64,000 bases of DNA from Octopus vulgaris (GCA_951406725.2 OX597828.1:42470001-42534000), one strand, 5' to 3'. Shown: positions 13,191 to 27,739, counted from the stretch's first letter. The notes: generated by a model from the letters alone, not told the origin. Made by a program: numbers and translations.

Positions 13191-13567
13191 ACCTCAGTTC
13201 CAAGTTGCATGCATGAGTGGCCAAGTCAGTCAATATTAGTACGCTATTTAAACGCCTCGCTTCCTTTAACAGGGGAGAAGGTGAGCTTTGCTGATGCTTA
13301 AAGGTCGCTAGGGATGGCGTGTTTTAGCATTAGTTAGTATATATAGATGGGTAGCTGGAATTAGTGAGTGGTTAAACGGATGGATGATAGCTGGGTAGCT
13401 AGGGTGATTGCTGGTGCTGCTTCCAAGCATGGAATTTGCGGGAAGGGAAGGAGAGGCGGTATGGAGGCCAAAACGGAGAATACTTTTTTTTTTTTTTTTT
13501 TACTTCTTAAAACAGTCGCGACATGACCCAGTCTGACCCGAATTTCCCCTTAGTCTCTCTCTGTGCG

Positions 13568-13621
<54 letters not shown>

Positions 13622-13884
13622 ATATATACTAAGCAATAAAGGGTTTGGCAACGAATTGCCTTACCACATACCGAATTTAGAAATAGCAGTCAAAGAGTTA
13701 TAGCTATTTCTTCTACTAAAAGGGAGATCTCAGTAAAAACAGCAATATATATATATATATATATATATATACTTTAAACATGTATTTTACAACAAAACAT
13801 ATCCCTACCTTCCTATCGCAAACCAGCAGTTTTGTAGGCTATATGTGTGTGCGTGTGTATATGCATATATATGTATATGTACAT

Positions 13885-13938
<54 letters not shown>

Positions 13939-15619
13939 ACAGACAGACAGATATAATAGTTAGTGTCTATTATATGCTTCCATATGTTTATAGACTCCCG
14001 CCAAACAGCTTAGCCATATTTAATATGGGTGGGTGTGTATATATATTTATATATATATTTGAGAGAGAGAGAGCGAGATATAGATAGATAGATAGATGAA
14101 TCTATAGGTCTGTAAGCATGTACAGTGTGTGTGTGTGTGTGTATGTATATATATATATATATATATTATAAGAGTTCAAATGGTCTGTTGAATATGTGCT
14201 TCCTCTTTTCATCTTTACCATGGTGTGTATAACAATACTTTGAATTCTTTACTTATTTGTAGTTTTTTTTTTCTCTTTCTGTTGTGTATTTTGTTAGGAG
14301 GCGTGGCGGTGACTAGAGCAAGGTGGTGGTGGTGGTGGTGGTGGTGGTGGTGTATTCTCACTTAATTTCCTATACACACTGACACAGACACACACACACG
14401 CACATGTTGAACATATGCACACATATATACATGCGTATGATTATATATATATATATATGTATATAATATATATATATTTATAATATATATATATTTATAT
14501 GTACATATATTAAATATATATATGTGTGTGTGTGTGTTTAGAGACATGTGTATACATACATATTAAGCTTGTGTGTATTTATGTATATATATATGCATAT
14601 GTGTGTGTGTCTGTATGTACTTTTTTATATTCACATTGATTTTCCCTTCCGTTATTTCACGTCAGTCACAACACATTTCCCCCACCCCCCACCACCACCC
14701 CGCCCTCTCCATTCCGCCGTCCCCACCGTTTTTCTCCTTCTCCTTCGCCATCTCTCATCTCTCCCCATCTTTCATTAACTATTGTTTGTTTACAAGTCAA
14801 TATCCGGTCACCACGCTTGAAGCTTTTTACCTCATTCCTCCTGCTCTCCTCAACCTGCTCTCCCTCTCTTACTCTTTGTCGTCTTCATAATAAATATCTA
14901 GTCACATGTTAACACCACCACTCCATAATTTCGTTCTTGCCTTTTTTTTCTTTTATTCTTTCTTTCTTTACCTCCCCCCTACCCCACCCTGCCTTATCCA
15001 ATCTCTAATATAATTTTCGAAATTTCTCTCTCTTTGCTGATGAGATAGTACGCGCGTGTGCTCGCGACCACAAATTGCCCCTCGTTTATACACAGTGCTA
15101 GGATTTGCACGGTTTTCGGCTTCAGTATACGATTCTTCTATTTGTTGCTTCGATTTCATTTCTCTGTCCATTCATTTATTATTATTATTATTATTATATA
15201 TTTTCATTTCACTTCGATCGTCAAGTCGAAGTGAGATCACGGCTGATGTTAAAGTTCACACTTGCATATGTGTGTGTGTGTGTATTAACAAATATAACAT
15301 CTACTGCATGTAAAAACAAACGGGAAACAAATTCCATAATAATTCTTCATCAGTTATCGACCAACGGTACACTTCAGTTTCGCACCTTTAACGATAAAGG
15401 TGTGCGTGTATGTACATACACACACACACACACACACAACAATATATATATATATATATGTATGTATATATGTATATATAGTATGTATATATTTTGTGTA
15501 GGCGTGTGTATCTACATACACACGCACACATGATTTGTCTTACCTATACAGCATGTATTCAGGACTCCTTTCTCATTCGTTGGACATAAATGAGCAAATG
15601 AAATCTACCTACTTTTCTT

Positions 15620-15838
15620 TTTTTCTACTATAGGCAGGTACAAGGCCTAAAATTTGGGGGAAGGGGGCTAGTCGATATTACATCGACCCAACTACTTCAC
15701 TGATTTATCGGCCCCGTAAGAATGAAAGGCAAAGTCGACCTCGGCGGAATTTGAACTCAGAACGTAGCGATGGGCGAAATATTTGCTTCTGCCAAGCATT
15801 TCCTCCGGCGTACTGACGACCCGGCCAGCTCACCGCCT
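15620..15838 (-). mobile_element. SINE family B, full length
   Basis: Reverse complement homology to 8712-8930. Confidence 0.88.
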
Positions 15839-15940
15839 TAATAATGAGGATGATCATCATCAAACATTAAAAGCCCATCTGTCTCGTTTTACACGGCTTC
15901 AATTTACGCGTTAAACTCAGGGAGCGAATTTACCGTGTAA

Positions 15941-16150
15941 CATCATCATAATCATTAGCCTCAATACTTGACTTCCGTTTTCCATGTTGACATGGGCTTG
16001 GAGACAGCTGGAGAGCTGCGCCACGTTTCCAGTCTGGTTTGGCTTAGTTTCTACTGCTGGGTGCCCTTCCTAACGCCAACCATTTTACAGGGTACGCTGG
16101 TTGCTTTTTGCGTGACCCGGCGCGGGTGCATCTACCTGGCGCCGGCACTA
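15941..16150 (-). mobile_element. Repeat family D, second copy
   Basis: TTTCCATGTTGACATGGG...TTTCTACTGCTGGGTGCCCTTCCTAACGCCAACC matches the 5444 copy. Confidence 0.65.
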
Positions 16151-17120
16151 CGTAATAATAATAACAATAATAATAATAATAATAACAGTAACCAAATCAT
16201 CATTAAAAACTGTCTCATTTTACACGGCTTCAGTTTACGCGTTCGCTCAGGAAGCAATTTACCGTGTAAATCCGAGAGAAGGCACTGTCTGCACACGCAT
16301 GCGCACATCCACATACATATTTATCATTTATACATGCAAATACGTGTGCGTATTTATACATCGTATATATATATATATTTATATACGCGTGTGTATGTTT
16401 ATACTGTGTGTAGAGTTGTGTTGATGCTTATGAACTCAGCTCTACATTTCGGTTTTATAAGATGTATAATGTGTACATCTGCGTATACTAACGTGTCCTC
16501 TATTATATGTATGTGTATGCGTGTGTGGTTGTGTGTGTGTGTCTCAGCTGGTGTCTCTATGTATGTGAATCTTTCTGCGTGCATGCACAAGTGTGTGTGT
16601 GTGTTTAATATATGAATGTGTGTGTGTGCAATATCATGTGTAATGCATGTGTATAGATAATAGCTTGTTGTGTGTGTGTGTATGCGTGTGTGTGTGTGTG
16701 TGTGTATGCGTGTGTGTGTATGTGTGTGTGTGTGTGTGTTTGTGTGTTACGTGTTTGTGCAATATTCCACAATGTCAGCAAAATGATCGCCCTGTCTTTG
16801 AGGCTTTGTTCTTCCGTTCATAGAATTTTAATTTCAGTGTTCTGTTGGCGGTGGTGATGGTATGGTGGTGTTGGTGGTGGTGGTGATGGTGGTGGTGATT
16901 GTGGTGGTGGTGGTGGTGGTGGTGGTGCTACTGCTGCTGCTGATGCAGAATAGGATAGATCAAAGACTGAGTTGTGGTGGTGGCGATGGTGGTGGTGGTG
17001 GTGGTGGCGGCGATGGTGGTGGAAGTAGTGTAAAAGTGATGGCGGATAATAATTGCTGTTGATGCCGATAACGGCGGCGTTAGTGATGTTGATGCTGGAT
17101 GGAGTTTAGCGGAACAGATC

Positions 17121-17153
<33 letters not shown>

Positions 17154-17163
17154 TGTGAATGCA

Positions 17164-17194
<31 letters not shown>

Positions 17195-17697
17195 CAGAGT
17201 AATGTAGCAACGGGTGGTGGTGGTGGTGATGGTGGAAAGTACTAGTGATCAAGAGCAGGTACGGGTGGTGGGGGTTGGTGGGGCAGTTATAATAATAATG
17301 ATGATGGTGGTGCGTTCGGTTTGGCGGTTGGTCTGGCCAGAAGGTATAAAGGAAATGACGGCGATGATGATGATGATGATGATGACGATGACCATGGCCA
17401 TGACGATGATGATGATGAAAATGGCGGGATGCTGATGGTTATGATGATTCATATAATAATCATAATTAAATGATGATGATGATGATGATGATGGGTAGTG
17501 GTGGTGATAAGATATTAGTTGATCGTGACATTACTGCTGCTGCTGATGAGGATGGTGATAGTGATGGAGATGGTGGGGGGTGGGGGGTGATTGTAGAAAC
17601 CCACAGACTTCATACTTGAGTTTGTTGTTGTTGTTGTTTGTTTTATGTTGACTGACGTCAGCAAGAAGTGTCAGAGACAGTTATTAAGTACACATAT

Positions 17698-17757
<60 letters not shown>

Positions 17758-17782
17758 TTATTCATACATAGAGCTAATTGCG

Positions 17783-17822
<40 letters not shown>

Positions 17823-17904
17823 ACTGACATACATACATACATACATACACACACGGTCAGCTACACTATAAAAAACGCAAATTTTACAACACACAACATA
17901 CTAT

Positions 17905-17935
<31 letters not shown>

Positions 17936-18104
17936 TCCGCATCCACATCTAGCTGCCAGCTCTCTCTATAGAACTACAGTTACCAACAACCGTAATTATT
18001 AAATATCATTTTCATACCTTTCGTTTAGCTGCAAGGGACACTGTCTGTTTGACTATCTATCTACCTACCTATCTATCTACTTATCTATCTATCTATCTAT
18101 CTAC

Positions 18105-18142
<38 letters not shown>

Positions 18143-18238
18143 GTATCTATCCCTCCCTGAATCTATCTGTGTATTTATCTATTATTCTTTGTATGTATCT
18201 ATCTATCTAACTATCTATCTGTCCAGGTCATCTATGTA

Positions 18239-18270
<32 letters not shown>

Positions 18271-18405
18271 ATAGTGTAATAAATAAAATGACTGTCTGTC
18301 TGTCTATCTGTATATCTCTATACCTGTGTGTTTATTTGCCTATCAAGCTATATCTATTGTCCTACCATGTATCACATTGACACACACACACTATTTAAAT
18401 GCGTG

Positions 18406-18444
<39 letters not shown>

Positions 18445-18764
18445 TGTGTGTATGTGTGTGTGCATCTCCTCACAATGTTTAGGCAGATCTCTGTACGTAT
18501 CTTTACTTTCACTCTGTTTTTCTTTTCTTTTCCTATCTTGCTCTTTATCATGGCCACCACTACTCACCAGTGAAACATTATACTCTCTGTCTTATACAGT
18601 TTCTTTATTATCTCTGTGTAACAAGCCTTGTAAAAAAAAAAGCAAAAATTCTATCTACCTTTTTTCTATTTGTGACCTTTACGTCCTATGCGCATGTATG
18701 TGAATATCTACCTCCCTCTCCCCTCTCCCCACCTTTATGTGTGTGTGTGTGTGTGTGTTTATTC

Positions 18765-18823
<59 letters not shown>

Positions 18824-18951
18824 ATGGCTATGTTGATATCTATCTTATATACCACTGTTATTGTCAATCCATTTATCTGCCAATCTATCAAATTTCGTTG
18901 ATTCACAATAATTAAATATATGTATCCATGTGTGTGTGTATATATATATAT

Positions 18952-19022
<71 letters not shown>

Positions 19023-19179
19023 GACAAGTGAAAATATTAAGAGAATATTCTCAAAACTCTTTACAAGAGGTAACTGTGAAAGTATCATGAAAGCGTACAA
19101 GTATTTCATAAAAGAGGCCCAAGTGTTGTGTGAGAGAAAGCGACTGCTGGAGAAAGAAAGGAGGGTACGTTTGATCGTA

Positions 19180-19750
19180 TGTGAGTTCAAATCCAGCTGA
19201 GGTTGGTTGACCTTGACTTTCATCCTTTTGGAGGGTCAATAAAAGGTACCTACCAGTTAAGCACTAGGATCAATGTAATCGACTAGTTAGTTCTTCTTCC
19301 CTAAAATTTCTGGCATTGTAACTGAAGTAGAAAGAATAATTTCAGTCACCTCGTGATGAGCCATATTTTTTTTTCCCCTTTTTAATTGAATTTGTGAATC
19401 AACTTTCATGGTTTCTTGGTTAATTGCAAGATACTAGCCATTAATTTCTCTACGTCTCTACTTTGTCATACACGACCTTGCTAGAGTTAGCAGCTAAACC
19501 TCCTTTCATATCATCACTTTTCTAGTACCTTGATGAAGGCTTTAATAATCCTTTCTATTACAACTACCACACCATCTGGAAGATTGGATGAGAGAGCGCT
19601 AGTTAATTAGATCAACCCCAGTGATCGACTGATTCGTGTTTTATCGACTACCATAAGAGCGAACGGTTAAGTCCATCTCGGCGGCATTTCTGCTCCGAAC
19701 AGTAAAACCGGAAGAAATGTCGCCGAGCAATTTGTCCGTTGAGCTCTCAA
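19180..19750. mobile_element. Two degenerate SINE B copies (+ 19180-19340, - 19545-19750)
   Basis: GAGTTCAAATCC...CATCCTTTTGGAGGGTCAATAA, and TAATCCTTTCTA...ATCAACCCCAGTG...CTCGGCGGCATTT. Confidence 0.6.
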
Positions 19751-19906
19751 TTCTACAAGGTTTTAATAGGCTTGATAATGGAGGAATAGTCACAGTAGCT
19801 GATGGTCTGATGTAGGTAGACTGTGCTTTTCAGGATAAAAGAGATAGCCATGGCTATAGTGTATTTTCATTGTAGGTCAACTACGCAAGCTCAGTGGTTA
19901 AATTCA

Positions 19907-20027
19907 TAGCAGCCATCTTGGAAAAAATCGCTGTACGATTTTCGTTTGATAGTGGTGGTTGTTCGGTAGCAGCCATCTTGGAAAAAATTTGCTGTACGAT
20001 TTTCGTTTGATGGTGGCGGTTGTTCGG
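19907..20027. repeat. 60-bp tandem duplication
   Basis: TAGCAGCCATCTTGGAAAAAAT...GTTGTTCGG x2 with few differences. Confidence 0.93.
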
Positions 20028-20521
20028 TTCCTAATCAACTCCTTGAACAAGTACGCCTAAATATAAGGTCTTTCCTGTCGTGGCCATCTCATCTTTTAGC
20101 ATATTGTGCGCTATATTTGTCCAATGTTATCTTTTATTGCGACAGTCGGCAAAATTTTCGGTGTTGCTGTGAGGTTAGAACCTCTTTCCATCGTTTGCGT
20201 CGTTATTGTGGCGGCGGCGGCGGCGGCGGCGGCGGTGGTGGTGGTGGTGGTGGTGGTGGTGGTGGTGGTGATTCGTTATCTACTCATCATTGTGAAGACT
20301 TGCGTTGGTGTTAATTAAAACACATAAGATATATACAATAGATAATCTGGAGGAAATATCTTATGGTGGCGGTGGTGACGGCAACAGTGATGATAATATT
20401 TAGAGAATGACAAGTTCTTTCTGTTTTATAGTAATTTTGTCTCCTCTTCAACAGTTCTGATGAGATTGTAAGACATCTTAATGTATACCATCTTACATTT
20501 AAAACAGATATGTACTCCTCT

Positions 20522-20583
<62 letters not shown>

Positions 20584-20596
20584 GTCTGTCTATCTT

Positions 20597-20709
20597 CGCC
20601 TTCCATCCTTTCGGGGTCGATAAGTTAAGTACCAGTTATGCACTGGGGTCGATGTAATCGACTAGTCCTCTTCTCCCAAATTTCAGGCCTTGTGCCTATA
20701 GTAGAAAGG

Positions 20710-20710
<1 letters not shown>
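20597..20710 (+). mobile_element. SINE family B, 3' half
   Basis: GCCTTCCATCCTTTCGGGGTCGATAAG...GTGCCTATAGTAGAAAGGA followed by (CTA)n. Confidence 0.85.
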
Positions 20711-20780
<70 letters not shown>

Positions 20781-21906
20781 CACCACCAGCAACTATAGAC
20801 GTCGTCATCGTAGTAGTAGTAGTAGCAGCAGAAGCAGCCCTGGTGGATGGATGTGTTAGAATTTACACACTCCCGTTGGTGGTGGTTGTGGTGGTGGGGC
20901 GGTTGATGGTACTGTGATGATGGTGATGTTAATGATGATGATGGTGGTGGTGGTGGTGGTGGTGGTTTTGACAGTGTGTCGAACGCGTGAAAATGGCTTT
21001 TGATGTGTCGTCCTGGAAACGAGGACAGACAAATCTTAATCAAATTAATCACTGTTGCCGACATATTGCATCACGATGATGTTCATAATGATGATGACGA
21101 TGATGATGATGCTGTTGGCGATGGTGGCGGTGGTGGCAGTAGCGATCATGATGATGATCGTGGTGATTGTGATGGCGGTGATAAAAATAATGATGTCGAT
21201 ATTCGTTGATATAATTACGGTTATGATCTTAAAGGGAAAAAAGGTAAGATCAGTAGTATTAGTTGTAGTAGTGGTGGTGGTAGCGGTTGTTGTTGTGGTG
21301 GTGTTGGTGGCGGTCATCGTCGGGGGTAGGGGGGATAATGGTGTTCCTGGTTAATGACGGTAATTCAGGTGACAGTGTGTGCATGTATTTCTCTATAAAT
21401 AATAATAATAATAACAAAACAATAACAGCAGTAGTAGTAGTAGTAGTAGTAGTAATAGCAGTGGTAGTAGTAGTAGTAGTAATAGCAGTGGTGGTGGTGG
21501 TGGTGATAGTAGTAGTAGTGGTAGCAGTGGTAGTAGTAGTAATAGCAGTGGTAGTAGTAGTAGCAGTGGTGGTGGTGGTGGTAGTAGTAGTAGCAGCAGC
21601 AGCAGTAGTAGTAGTTGTAAGAGAACAATAATAAATTCGAAGACGACAACGACAAACTGCTACTGAAGCGATAAATTCCGAAGAAAGCAAAATAATTGAT
21701 TAGGTCAAGACAACAACAACAACAAACAACAAAAGACAATATCCAAAGAAAATCACAACGAGCAAACAAACAAGGAAAAAACTCTTAACTATGCAAGTCT
21801 CCAATGAAAGAGTAAATGATGAGATCAACAACAACAACAACAGCGAATACGACAGTTTCGTTTTGACAAGAACGGAAGTTAGACGGGTTAACAAGAATAT
21901 AACACA

Positions 21907-21980
<74 letters not shown>

Positions 21981-23080
21981 CTGTGTATGTGTGTATATAT
22001 ATATATGTATATGTATATGTATGTATGTATGTATATGTATATATGTGTATGTATATATATGTGTATATATGTGTGTATATATGTGTGTATATATGTATGT
22101 ATATATGTGTGTATATATGTATGTATATGTGTGTATATATGTATGTATATGTATGTATGTATATATGTATGTATATGTATATATGTATGTATATATGTAT
22201 GTGTATGTATATATATGTATGTATATGTATGTATATATATGTATATATGTATGTATGTATATATATGTATATATACATGTGTGTGTGTATGAAAACAATA
22301 ACAAAAACTACAGTGGTGTGAAGAGAGCCAACGCCAACAACCGACATAAACAGCAATAATGACTTATTGCAAGAAAGAACAACAACAATAACAACAACAA
22401 AAAAATCACTGCATTTTGATATTGTGTGACAAGAATATAATAAATGCAGAAAAGACAAAAAACAAGAACAAAACAAAACAAAAAAAGACCGAAACAAAAC
22501 AAAAAGTGACTAACATTAAAAAAAAATAAAGACGACACACTACACTAGCAACAAGAATATCCACCATTGTTCAATAAACAGCAACCAACAACAGCACCTA
22601 ACAACAACAAAAACGGTGACAGAATCGACACTGACAGCACAACAGCGACCAAACACCACTACAACAAAATCGACAGCAACAATAATAACATCGCCAATAA
22701 GAGCAGCAGTTGTTGTTGTTGTTGTTGTTGTTGTTGTTATAACTAGCACGTGTGTGTGTGGTTGTGTCACAATCTATCACCTTTATGTTTCTCTCTCTAG
22801 CAAAGCAGCCCCCCCCCCCCACCACCAATTCCCCAAAACTACAGCGGTGTGAGTGGAGCTGAAATACTTTATACAACAACGTCTGATCTTCTTTGGGTTT
22901 TGTGTGTCGGCTTTTAATTGATCTAATGTGAAAGATGCCAGGAATAATAACACCAAGGCTGTTGCAATCATCTTGTTAGCGTTTTAATAATGTATATGGT
23001 TGAGAGTATTGGCGGTGGTGGTGACGGTGGTAGTGGTGTTAAAGTGCGGTGATGATAATGGTGGTTGTGGTGGTAGTAGT

Positions 23081-23330
23081 GGTAAAATAAGTGTTAGTTG
23101 TGGTGTCGGTCGGTAGAGGTTGGTCGGTCATACAATAGTGTAACAGCACTTGTGTTGGTGGTAGTGGTAGTTAGTGATGATGGTGGTGGTGGTGGTAGTG
23201 GTGGTGGTGGTGGTGGTAGTGGTAAAATAAGTGTTAGTTGTGGTGTCGGTCGGTAGAGGTTGGTCGGTCATACAATAGTGTAACAGCACTGTGTTGGTGG
23301 TAGTGGTAGTTAGTGGTGGTGGTGGTGGTA
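23081..23330. repeat. 140-bp period tandem duplication
   Basis: GGTAAAATAAGTGTTAGTTG...TAACAGCACT begins at 23081 and at 23221. Confidence 0.92.
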
Positions 23331-23606
23331 GTGGTGTTGTAGCAGTGTTAAACTATAGTAGTGGAGTGGTAATGGTGGTGGTGGTAGTGGTCGTGATGGT
23401 AGTTAGTAATGATGGTGGTGGTGGTGGTGGTGGTAGTGGTAATAAGTGTCACATGTGCTGCTAGTGGTGATGGTGTTAAAATTGCGATGGCAGTAGTGGT
23501 AATAGTGGTTATGATAGTGTTAAGATGTGGTGATGGTAGTGGTGGTGGTGATGGTAGTTGTAATGTGGTTGTAGTTAGTGGTGTAGTAACTGTCAGCTGT
23601 GGTAGT

Positions 23607-23934
23607 GGTGGTAGTAGTAGAAACAGTATAGGTGGTAGTAGCAGAAACAGTATAGGTGGTAGTAGTAGAAACAGTGTAGGTGGTAGTAGCAGAAACAGTG
23701 TAGGTGGTAGTAGCAGAAACAGTATAGGTGGTAGTAGTAGAAACACTGTAGGTGGTAGTAGCAGAAACAGTGTAGGTGGTAGTAGCAAAAACAGTATAGG
23801 TGGTAGTAGCAGAAACAGTATAGGTGGTAGTAGCAGAAACAGTATAGGTGGTAGTAGTAGAAACACTGTAGGTGGTAGTAGCAGAAACAGTGTAGGTGGT
23901 AGTAGCAAAAACAGTATAGGTGGTAGTAGCAGAA
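23607..23934. repeat. 24-bp minisatellite, about 13.5 copies, with 120-bp higher-order repeat
   Basis: GGTGGTAGTAGCAGAAACAGTRTA units. 23701-23814 is repeated exactly at 23821-23934. Confidence 0.95.
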
Positions 23935-24317
23935 GTCGTATATAATATAGGTGGTTGTATGGTGGCGCTAGCAACAGTGGTGGTGGTGAGAGTTAATCTA
24001 AGTGTTACCTATTGGTAGTTAGGATAACAGTATGGTTATAGAAGCGGTTGTGGTGGTATGGGTACAGTGTTAGCTATGGTGATAGTTGTAGTAGTGTGTA
24101 ATGGGTGCTAGGGTATCGTAGTAGTAGTAGTAATGGTAGTAGTAGTAGCAGTGGCTGGTATAGGTAGTAGTGCTACTGGTGGTGGTATAACGTCAATGAT
24201 TTTTATGGTTGTAGCGGTAGTAGTCTGAGTATTGGTGTTGCTAGAAATAGATAGTAACAGTGGTGGATAGCGTTTAAAATTAGAAGTGGTGGTGGTGGTA
24301 GTAGTAGTAGCAGTAGT

Positions 24318-24491
24318 ACTGCTATTGGTGATTGTAGTGGTGGTGGTGGTGGTGGTGGTGGTGGTGATTGTAGTTTTGGTGGTTACTAAGGGGGGGGGTC
24401 TATTAATGATGGAGATGGTAGCTAAGTGTTTGTACGGGTTATATAGTTACTGCTATTGGTGACAGTAATAGTAGTAGAAGTAGTAGTAGTA

Positions 24492-24554
<63 letters not shown>

Positions 24555-24706
24555 ATGGTAGTAGTAGTAGCAGTGGTGGTGGTGGTACTAAGGGGTCCTA
24601 TTAATGTTAGCTAAGTGTTTGTACGGGTTATAGTTACTGCTATTGGTGACAGTAATAGTAGTAGAAGTAGTAGTAGTAGTGGTGGTAGTGGTAGTAGTAG
24701 TAGTAA

Positions 24707-24753
<47 letters not shown>

Positions 24754-24837
24754 ATAATGGTAGTAGTAGTAGTAGTGGTGGTGGTGGTGGTACTAAGGGG
24801 TCCTTAATGTTAGCTAAGTGTTTGTACGGGTTATAGT
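24318..24837. repeat. Three-copy tandem repeat with a constant core and variable (AGT/GGT)n spacer
   Basis: TACTAAGGGG..TAATG..AGCTAAGTGTTTGTACGGGTTATAGT and TACTGCTATTGGTGA each recur three times. Confidence 0.9.
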
Positions 24838-25245
24838 AGAAGTGGTTAGTTTACTATTGGCGGCAATGTTTTTGTTTTTTGTTCTAGTGATGGTGGTTGT
24901 AATCGGGAATAAATTATTCTCTCTGTTTGGGAGTCCAGCATCATTCATAATGTGTATGTGTTTGATTCCACGGGTGTATAATAAACACGCGGGTGTATAT
25001 TATAAACACGCGGGTACTTTGTATGCTTGTCTTTTGTGCGTGGTATGTACAGCATGTGGAGAGTTTAACACACCCGTTATCCTTTTTGCTAACATGTGTA
25101 TAGATGGTTGTATGTATGGATGGATGGACATGTATATCTGTGTACATACATTTGTATGCGTGTGTATATGAATATCTGCCTGTCTATATATCTGTCTATC
25201 CACACACACACGTGTGTGTACATAACATGTATATATATATATATA

Positions 25246-25294
<49 letters not shown>

Positions 25295-25309
25295 ATATAT
25301 ATATATATA

Positions 25310-25356
<47 letters not shown>

Positions 25357-25628
25357 ATATATATATGTGTGTGTATATATATATATATAACATATATGTG
25401 TGTGTTTGTGTGTATTATTCTATATGTGTGTGCATATGTATTTATACATACATGCACTGAGAGAGAGGGGAGAGTTGTATATGTATGTGTCACGCACAAT
25501 GAGGCCCAGTTCAGCTCGGTTCAATCTCACACAAAACTCCAGTACTCGACCCCTTTCGTCACCATCCTCACCTCGCCGTCAGCCACACAGCCACACATTA
25601 TATATATACGTGTGTGTGTGTGTGTTTG

Positions 25629-25680
<52 letters not shown>

Positions 25681-26639
25681 TACATACACACACTGTATTA
25701 CACTAGTAACATTACTTATTCAGAGAGAGTAATTACGTTATATCATTAGCATTTCACCATAACACACTAACTGACTACTCTAATCTAATCAACAGAAGAG
25801 ATGGGGGCAGTAAGGAGCGGAGCGGGGGTTTAGTTGGAAGTTTTTAGAGAAAGTTTTTAGGTGTTGGCTTGTTACGAGAGAGAGAGCAAGTGAGAAAGAG
25901 AGAGCGAGAGAGATAAAGCGGGAGAGAGCGGGTTTGGGTAGAGCTTCACATTGATGTAGTAGCGAAATAGTAGTATGCAGTGATGAAGCTGGCAGCAAAT
26001 AAATAAATAAATAGAGAGCGAAGGTTCATGCTACACAGAGCAAGAGGAAGGTAAAAGATAGGAGAGACATGACGAAGCAAAGGAGCAAAGGTAGCTAATG
26101 GCAGCAGAATTCGTTGATCTTGAAAGGTGTGTGTATGTATGTGAAAGTACTTGTATATGTACGTTCACACGCCTAAGGCGGATATATACAGAGAGACATA
26201 CATACATACATGCATATATGTGTATGCGTTCACACGCAGGGGTGCAAAAATTTCTAGAGTGTCGTTACTATATACACGTAGTGCTGTTGTTTGTTACGCT
26301 GTAATAAAACTGTCCGATGGAATAGCAACTGGCACACCACTGCGATCAACGATTGTCAACTTGTGCATGTGCAATTTAATAATCGGTTTTCAAAGAAGCA
26401 AGAAGATTGTAATTTATCCGTGTTATTGGCGAATGTATATAATCATGAATATAAACATTTCTGTGGTCACTTTTTGACGTAGAGAAAGCCGGGATGTTAT
26501 ATATTACAGCGTGCATATTAATAATTCAAACCATTGTAAGTCTACATGTTCACAACACAGACACATATTCATACATATATCAACACAATACTCATACTTA
26601 CATTATACATATAGATATATACTTACGCATATACTTATG

Positions 26640-26723
<84 letters not shown>

Positions 26724-27504
26724 TGCGTGATGGAGTGCGATATGTTTACTATGTAACATAAACAGGTTCGCCGTGTTATCCTGCAATCATCAGTGTATTT
26801 ATTGTGCTATGGCGGCAAAGATTATTGCTGGAAAGTTGGTGGGGGGGGGGGGTGTCGGGAAGTCTAGGAGGGAGGTAAAACTACGTGTAGACAATAAACA
26901 CTCATAGCATCAGCCGAATGTGTGTGTGTGTGTGTGTGTGTGTGTACGTACAGATTGTGTCTGAATGTGTGTATATAATGTGTATATATACACATACAAC
27001 ACAGATGCATGTGGTGGTGGTGGTGGTGGTGGTGGAGGTGGTGGGGGGATGTGTGTTGGCGAGTCGACAATGAAACCAGTGTTTAGTGTCAACATTTATA
27101 ACTAATGCTGTTTTTCCTTCTTTCTGCAGCTTTCCTTGCGGTGTATATAAAGTATATAAACTCAACCATACACTAAAGCCCACACACACACGCACACACA
27201 CACACATATGTATGAGTAAATATATGTATATCTATATCTACATCTATACATATATATATGGGTATATATATACATATATATATGGGTGTATATATATATA
27301 TATATGAATGTGTGTGTATATATATGAATGTGTGTGTATATATATATGTGTGTATGTGTGTGTATATAATATATGTATGTATATATATATATATAATATA
27401 TGTATGTATATATATAATATTTGGGTATATATAGATTGGTAACATTTCACTTTACACATGAAACCTCTTCATCATATCTTGGCAGTTTCGTTCCTTCTCT
27501 CCCC

Positions 27505-27552
<48 letters not shown>

Positions 27553-27696
27553 CTTTCGAGTACTTACACACACACACACACATACGTACGCGCACACAGA
27601 TACACAGAGGCAGAATGAATTTATCATGTGCATATTTGCATGTTGATAACACATACCTCTAAGCAATCCTTCATAATAGTAAACACACGCAGACTC

Positions 27697-27739
<43 letters not shown>

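Noticed and set aside
17648-17662. Isolated palindromic TF words (TGACGTCA here and at about 40840, GTCACGTGAC at about 3443)
   Set aside because: Expected by chance in 64 kb and not clustered with other evidence.
23348-23974. 178-aa GGSSRNSI and 208-aa LLLPP repeat ORFs
   Set aside because: Frames are open only because the 24-bp minisatellite lacks stops. No splice or protein-family support.
24318-24837. Repeat-spacer pattern resembling a CRISPR array
   Set aside because: Spacers are AGT/GGT microsatellites, the context is eukaryotic, and there are no cas genes.
26235-26485. Possible decayed mariner-type MITE
   Set aside because: Could not pair convincing terminal inverted repeats by eye.
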